A model generated the notes under the pieces. That model was given only the letters and a program-made list of their open reading frames with translations. It did not search any database and had not been told where the DNA came from. A stretch of DNA of 64,000 nt from Tubiluchus corallicola (lineage: Eukaryota > Animalia > Priapulida): positions 762,359-826,358 of the forward strand of contig JAQGDQ010000012.1 of NCBI GenBank assembly GCA_030141605.1. The letters are read 5' to 3'. The position numbers and the translations under genes are program-made. Shown here piece after piece: positions 56,954-64,000 of this stretch; within the stretch, counting starts at the first letter, position 1; the number at the start of each line of letters is the position of its first letter.

Positions 56954-57687
56954 CAGTGGTTCCCAAACTTTCTCGGACCGTTACCCAAATCGGGAAACCC
57001 GGTCGTGTCCATTACCCCCCACCTAGTACTACTTCTCCAACTCAAAAAGTAAACACACGTATATGCCACAAGCAAACAAAATTATTTATGTTTGCTCGTG
57101 ACATAAATAAATTTCCAGGTGTTGTTGTATTGTTGCCAAAACAAGAATTACAATTACTGAACCTGCTCATTACTGAGTGAGCAGGTTCGTTCGAGTAATT
57201 ATTACTCGAACAAACGAAAACAAGAAGAAATGAGTGACAACAACAAAATCTCAGTTAGTCGGACGGATGAGCCTGTTTTTCGGACGCCAGTTTCTCAATC
57301 CTGGGTTTCGCCAGGCTCAAAGCAACGCGTGCATCACTTTCCACGTCCAACCTATTTCTTTTCTTTGTTTTCATGTTCATTATGGACGAAAAACCTTGTT
57401 CACACACATACGTTGTTGAAAAACACGTGAGAATATTCAATGCCCGTTCTGCAAGGACTGGTGAACTGGCCATCTCTCCTATCCAGAACTCTTCCAGGTT
57501 CTGCTGCTGGAATTTGATGGACCCCATGACACAGTGTTGCCTGCCGGAGGCAGTCTCTTCAAGAAGAAAACTACGTAAAATGCATTCCAAGCGAAGTTTT
57601 AAAAATTTTCAGAGGGGTGCCCGTTACCCCTCCAAAAAAACCATATTACCCCCGGGGGGTAATTTACCCCTACTTTGGGAACCACTG
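56954..57687 (-). mobile_element. Non-autonomous hAT (Buster/Charlie-type) DNA transposon, 734 bp
   Basis: TIRs CAGTGGTTCCCAAA / TTTGGGAACCACTG with a perfect 8-bp TSD ATTTATTC (56946-56953, 57688-57695). The internal ORF remnant FSTTYVCEQGFS..KTKKRNRLDVE..RVALS..PRIEKL..KQAHPS is a hAT C-terminal dimerisation region. Confidence 0.95.
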
Positions 57688-59529
57688 ATTTATTCAGATG
57701 CAAGACAGATGCTTATTCCACATTTTCCCCAGGCCTCTTATCTGGGAATTCCTTACTAGCCATGCCAGGTAAATGTTTCTTGTTAATGATAACAATAAAT
57801 AGTTATACGAATTTGCTTTTACTGAACACTTATTGACATTTTCACTCTCCAAACTTAACCCCACTCGGCTTGTTTGTGGCAATCTGTGTAAAAAGAACTA
57901 TGTGTATCACATCATTGATCCACTTGGAATATTTGAGAATCAATAAAATTTTAATTTTGACTAATGTTTATTTTTCAGACAAAGTGTTTTACACAGACAT
58001 GAGTAGCTGTTAACATAAATACTACTGTCTCCAACCATTAAATTGCCATTTTCAAATTACAGTAGCGCTTGCACCATCAGCATGCTAGGTGCATTACAAT
58101 TTTTGTGTAGCAAATTTATATACAGAGCAAACATTTCCTTTTTAACCTTTGACTGTCATACTAAAGTATAGTGTATAAATAATAGGTAGAAATGTAAAAG
58201 AAGCAGCAACAGAAGAAAGTATTAAATAATAATAATAATGCAACGTACCAGTCAAGGCGACTATGGATACATGTATTTGCACATATGTGTAGAAAAGAGA
58301 CATGGAAGAGAAAATAAAACATTTACCCAACATTGTGTAAATATTGCCACTGATGAGGGAAGCAAGAATAAGTTAAACTAATTAACAAAGTAGCTTAGGT
58401 AATAATTTAAATCACCATGTACAATGTTCATAAACTGTCATTCACCAGACAGCTATTTAAATTTAACCAATCAGTTGCATCGAGTTTTACATACAGGTCT
58501 TTAACCCAAAATGTGATAAGGTAAAAAAGTACAACACTGTTCAGAAAACTGAGGATTCCAAAACCACAAAAATGCCACCAATCTCTTCCATTTCTGAACA
58601 TTAACTTTTTACAGCAGAAGTGTTATACACATAAATAATAATTCAGTTATAATATGAAAAGGTCAAAAAATAACTTAGTATAAACTGTAAGAAGCGATAG
58701 CACAAAAATTAAGTGCATTGAATAGACTGCATTGTTTTATTAGCAAACGGCAGCTTCGGTTAAGAAATAAGACTCAAAACAGTGTTCCCAGTTAATAAGC
58801 AGGACTCTCTTTAATACTATCAGGTAACATTGTCACCAATTTATAAACACAGCTACATGAATTGACCTGGTATTATCATGCTTTAAATGGTCTAGCTAGC
58901 TCGACTACAGTTTCCAAAAAAAGATTCAAGGAGCTCAAATAAAGTCACAATATTATTTTAACTGTCTTTAACACGAGTGTTACCCGAACTGCTAACAAAA
59001 AAGAAAGTCTATAATAAGAAGTTGAAAGAGTATGGTATGAAATTAGAAACTTATTTCAACTTTGTACAATTTAAACAGTACAATAATTAAAGATTTCAAT
59101 ACAAGTTGCAGCTAAATGAACAACAAATACCTTAAATAAGTTGACAAGTGAACTGAAATCTGAAATGCACTAAATTGTGACTAACTCATTTATCATGATG
59201 TGCTCCTATTCATATAACCATATATTTCAATTTAATCTTGGAGATTTCTTTGACTATGTAACTTCTGTTGCATTCAGAAAATGTTTAATATTTTGACTTC
59301 CAAAAGTTACAGAGCTTACAGTTTTATTTTCATTCCAAATAAAAGTAATGTAGATTTAATGATAGTTTACATGTGTTCCCAGAAAAAAACTTGTGAAGTG
59401 TAACCACAGCATTGCAGTGCCTAAATGTTTACGCAGGGTGAAGATCATTTTACCTTTGACAGAAAACAATACAGCCATATTAATCACTGGTTTAGACAAT
59501 TGCTAATAAATGAACAATTGCTAATATAA

Positions 59530-62500
59530 TCAATCTATCTCCATATCAGCACTTTTATTGCAGCCATCTCCATTGTCTTTGGGAGTCTTTTCCTCTGATT
59601 TCTCTGGAGGTTCTTGCTCCATGTTGACATCTTCTTTCTTTTCATTTTCCTTCTTCTCCTCAGGCGGTGGCTCAACTTTTGGTTTTGGAGTGTTCAGGAT
59701 CGGGTTACAAGTTGATTCAAGAATCTAGGAAAAAAGTAAAGGACTAATTACTCCATGGTTGCAACTAAGGACTGTTTGTACATGGTTTTTACTCAGTTCA
59801 TGCTGCCTTATGGCAGCGTGACAGTTTACTTGATTCAAGATAGGATAGAACGTGTAAGTTACACACACAGACATTATGACAACAATCAACAAGATGTTAT
59901 TACTTCGAAGGCAACTATTATAAAACCCGCGATAAATGTTTAAAATGTGCAATAGCACATTTGCAAAATATAAGTATTATATGTCAATTAATGAAAATTT
60001 CACTCACAAAAGCCTCTTGCAAAGTTGCGCAAGGGCAGTTGTAAATATCATGAAATGGCAAGACAACTGTAGAGACAAAAATAAAACAAGATACAGCATT
60101 AACGATGGACTTTCGCATAGTTCCTTAACATTTATATCAAAAACAGTCTTGTACGCTAATCAGTGGTTAGTATAAAAAAGTAACAAACATGCACGCACGC
60201 ACGCACACACGATAAATTTTCAGATAGTACATCTTATCAAATGACTTTGTGCTGACAATACAGGACAATAAAGAGTCATTTACTTACGACCACAATTGGT
60301 TCTGGCAAATTGGTCGTAAGACAATTTGGAAGAAAGTCGGACCTGTATGTTCAAGTGGTGTGCACCTACACGTAAGTTGTTGTATGTGTATGCACACTAA
60401 GTATGGCAACGCCTACGGATGAATTTGTCGCAATGAATAGTGATTTAAAATTAATTTGCTTAAAAAGAAGAAGGAAATATGAGTTATTATTAGCTTTGTA
60501 TAATGAATTAATTAAAGTTCTTACTGGGTCATAAAATCGAAAAGTTGTAAGTTGCATGGTCATAAGTTGAAGACTACCTGTAAATTTTTACTGTCTACAT
60601 TCATGCGTAGGACCAGACACCTACAGAAACAAACATGCGAAAAACAGCTTACTGACCTTCTTTTCATTAATAATTTGTTGTGCTAGTACAACTGGGTCAC
60701 GGTGCAGTGGGAGATTTCTCACTTCATTAGCCTTCTGATTGTACCAGTCACCTTTCTCTGTCAAACATTTCTTGACTTTGTCCATTTCCGCAGAATCAAT
60801 ATGTGCATATTTCTCATCCTACCAAGGATAAAATACATTGCTGAGGGACACTGTTATCAATTACACTTTAGTGCCTGTCAATGCACAGTGCTAACGCAAA
60901 CTGTAATACATTCACCTGTAAAAAGTGCTTCACTCTTCAAAACATTTGTGAAAACAAAACTGTAAAAACACTGAATTGTCAAAAGAACAGAATTTCACCT
61001 GTTGATCATATAGATCCATAGCTTTTCTTATCCTCTGCAATGCAGTACCCAATTCCTCGAAAGCCTTTGGTCTTTCATGGGCCTCTCTATACCTAAAAGT
61101 ACAAAACAATGCAACTTTTTAAAATTCAAACACACACCAAATAAGTACAAATATTAATTGATAATTCACACAAAAACATTAACAAAAAAATGCAAACAAA
61201 TCACCTCACATAACTGAATTTCAGACTTATAAACAATATTCGGATCAGACTTATAATAAAGGCTAAGTAGTTTTGCTACAAAGCGTTCTTCACATTTATT
61301 ATATTATCAAAAAAAAACTCCTGCAAAGTAAAGCAAAAACAGCAAAAGCAGTAAATAAGTCTAATAGTCCAGCAGATTGTTATTAAGTTCTACCTGTTAA
61401 TGACTGCATCACCAATCTTGCGAAGGTCTTTTAACTTGTCAGTGTAAACTACCTTTTGTTCATCTTCACCCTCGTCATACAACCAATCACCCACATCGTC
61501 TAACTTGAGCAAAAAAGCAGAACGATCCTATAAAACAAAATACAGTCAGTACAGTTTACTCAACCAGTACTTTTTGTAACATTACTCTACTACTGATGGA
61601 AACCTAGGCTGGAAAATTACGCCAGCTAAAACACGTACTTCTTCAGTAATGTACTGTGCTAACATGTCCGAAAGCTTATCCCGCATCTCATAAACGTATT
61701 CTTCTAAGCTGTTCTTCGCATCTGCTCGATCCTTCTCTTGACGATCTTGAGCTTGAAATTTTCCCTAAAATGCAGACATACAAATGAAACTGTGACAACA
61801 GCAACATCACGAGTAACTTTAATGCAAAATGCTTACAGCAATATTTAGGCGATATAAAAAATATTCGCCACAAAGATATTACACCTATTACAGCAAAAAA
61901 TGCCGATAAAATGCTTTTCTCGAAAAAATGGTTAACCATCAAATAAAAAAATGTGAAGAAAATATAAGTAAATATAAATATAATATCAAAATCAAAACTA
62001 CCAATACACAAAAATTGAAATAAACAACATAAATAAGACAAATGTTATAATTTAGCAGTGAAAAATATAAACATGCTTTCTCTTATTTGTCCATTTATCA
62101 GATTCAAATAATCATCAGTGTACGCTAAAACAATTTAGATGCAAGAACCTTACCTCCTGTTCTATACAGTAATTCAACTCTTGTCTTGACATCATACGCA
62201 CCGTTGACTCGATGGGCAAGTCAATCTTCTTGATAACCTTTTTTGGTGTCTTCGGCTGATACAAAAAAAGTAATCATTTCAATAAAACAAATGCCAAAGT
62301 AAAAAAGCAACTTGATGATAAACCAGAGCTGGTCTTAAGAGATTTTTCAGTCCAGCATTAATTTCCACAATGTCCACTTTCTTGTATTATTAACTTAGGT
62401 CTATTGAAACAAAAAGTGTTTGCTGGAAGTAAATGACTAAAATATAGCACTAAATAATCTTGATTTAATACAGTACTCAAGAAGAAATAAAGGAAAAAAC

Positions 62501-63581
62501 ATTTTCAAGTTTGTAAAAAATTACAAATTGGCTTTTTGTAACTCAGCTGTGACCAGCTATCCTGAGGAACTTAGGTTCCTAACTACAAAAAATAAAGACT
62601 AATCAGTTTAGTCCTTTAGTTAAGAATTTTCTACGTACTTTAGTTTTTTCTTTATTTGTTTTTTCCTCGTCTACCTTTGGTTTTACACCTTCCAGCTCAG
62701 AAGAATCCACACTCTAAAAACACATTAATTACAAAAGTGAATGTATAATGTTTGGTATTAGTATATCATTAAGATAAAAATAATTCATGTGCTGGCAAAA
62801 TCATGAAGATATCAAATATTATAACATGACGCCATTTTGTGTTGTGCAGACACCAAATGATGGCAATGCAATGTTAACTAGGAAGTAATTAAACTGTTCA
62901 TATTTACCAGATGTTTCTTAGCCATGTTTATATCAATTTCTTACAACATCAGTGGCATATCAAGAGCAGAAATGAAAAGCAAGGTTGACAAAGCTTATGC
63001 TGGTCAATAATTAGAAGTGTTACTTAATTTTTGGATCAAATAAGTTGTAAGATTATTCGTAATATTTATGGCTGATTGTTACAGGCATGGTTGCCCAGTT
63101 TGATTTACAATGCAAATAGTTAAGTGAAAAAACATTGAAAAGAAGTTACTTGATCTAACATTCTAAGTTCTAAAATGCAATTAAATCCCTTTTGAATCTT
63201 TTTGGAAAACATATATGCTTGTGCAACTTTTGCACAATATCAAAAAATTGCAAAAATAAGTTAATTAAAAGATAAAAACACATACTTTATTTGAATCTGA
63301 ATTCTCTGCAGCATTCTCATTTACAGGTGATGATTCATCCATGTTTTCCTGAGGCCCATTTTGTTCTGACGAGTCTTTCTTTTCCTTATTCTCTTCTGGC
63401 GGCTCTTTTCCGGCATCTCCGGTTTGCTCAACTTCCATGGGTTCATCTTCCTTTGTGACCTTTTCTTCCATTGAAGCACTGGAGACTGAGAAAATTCCAT
63501 GCAAATTCACACGAATTTTCACCTTGACCTTTGAACTTTCACCCTCTGCAGTTGGAGTGACATTAGTGACTATGAATTTGC
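59530..63581 (-). CDS. HSPA4: HSP110 family heat shock protein (HSPA4/HSPA4L/HSPH1-like), 3' eight exons; 5' part outside the window
   Basis: Exons 63581-63286, 62713-62639, 62255-62154, 61764-61639, 61527-61394, 61092-60999, 60818-60657, 59724-59530. Motifs: [18 protein letters not shown], acidic loop, [48 protein letters not shown] and C-terminal MEID. Confidence 0.93.
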
Positions 63582-64000
63582 CTGAATAAAAAAAGTACAC
63601 ATGCATAAAACACATTATACACACTGAACAGAACTAAACACTGACTATAAACATACACACTTTATAAACACAAGTTACAAAGCTAGGCGTTTTACAAAAC
63701 AAGCAATGCAAATCATTACATTTGGAAACCATATCACAGTGCTACTAACTTGTAGTTAAAACAGTCTATTGGAATGACCACATATGACATTACTTTTTCT
63801 AATTTACCGAATGCATGAGAGTTAAATAGCTGTACCAGTTAACGAGCACAAAATTATGTCCTCATGCACATGGCCAGGGGCTGTACTAAAATGTTTGGTT
63901 TTGCGACTCAGTACTGAGATTACTTTATCGCTAGCAGTTCACTGAGCTCTTGTTACACGCAGTTTACTACTATGTTATACAATAACATTAAGTACCTGAA

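Overview
AT-rich, intron-containing invertebrate (metazoan) genomic DNA; nothing prokaryotic. I reconstructed genes by hand from GT-AG splice sites and reading-frame continuity. In order: last exon of DNAJC28 (+); a 3-exon minus-strand gene absent from the ORF track, encoding a 110-aa secreted six-cysteine prepropeptide (4527-10923); a complete 9-exon BCO/RPE65-family carotenoid cleavage oxygenase (+); two tandem double-rhodanese sulfurtransferases (+), one canonical MPST-like and one with a remodelled active site; GATB (-); cyclin A (-); and the 3' part of an HSP110/HSPA4 gene (-). Repeats include a CR1-type LINE fragment, a young non-autonomous hAT element with a perfect 8-bp TSD, tRNA-derived SINEs, Helentron/HINE-like fragments, MITE-like foldbacks, a 30-bp minisatellite and CT microsatellites. 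Top leads: the hidden cysteine-rich prepropeptide gene, the sulfurtransferase paralog that lost the MPST Ser-His-Asp triad (loop CGQGVT), and the oxygenase lacking the PDPCK cysteine. Family assignments come from recognised motifs, not database searches.
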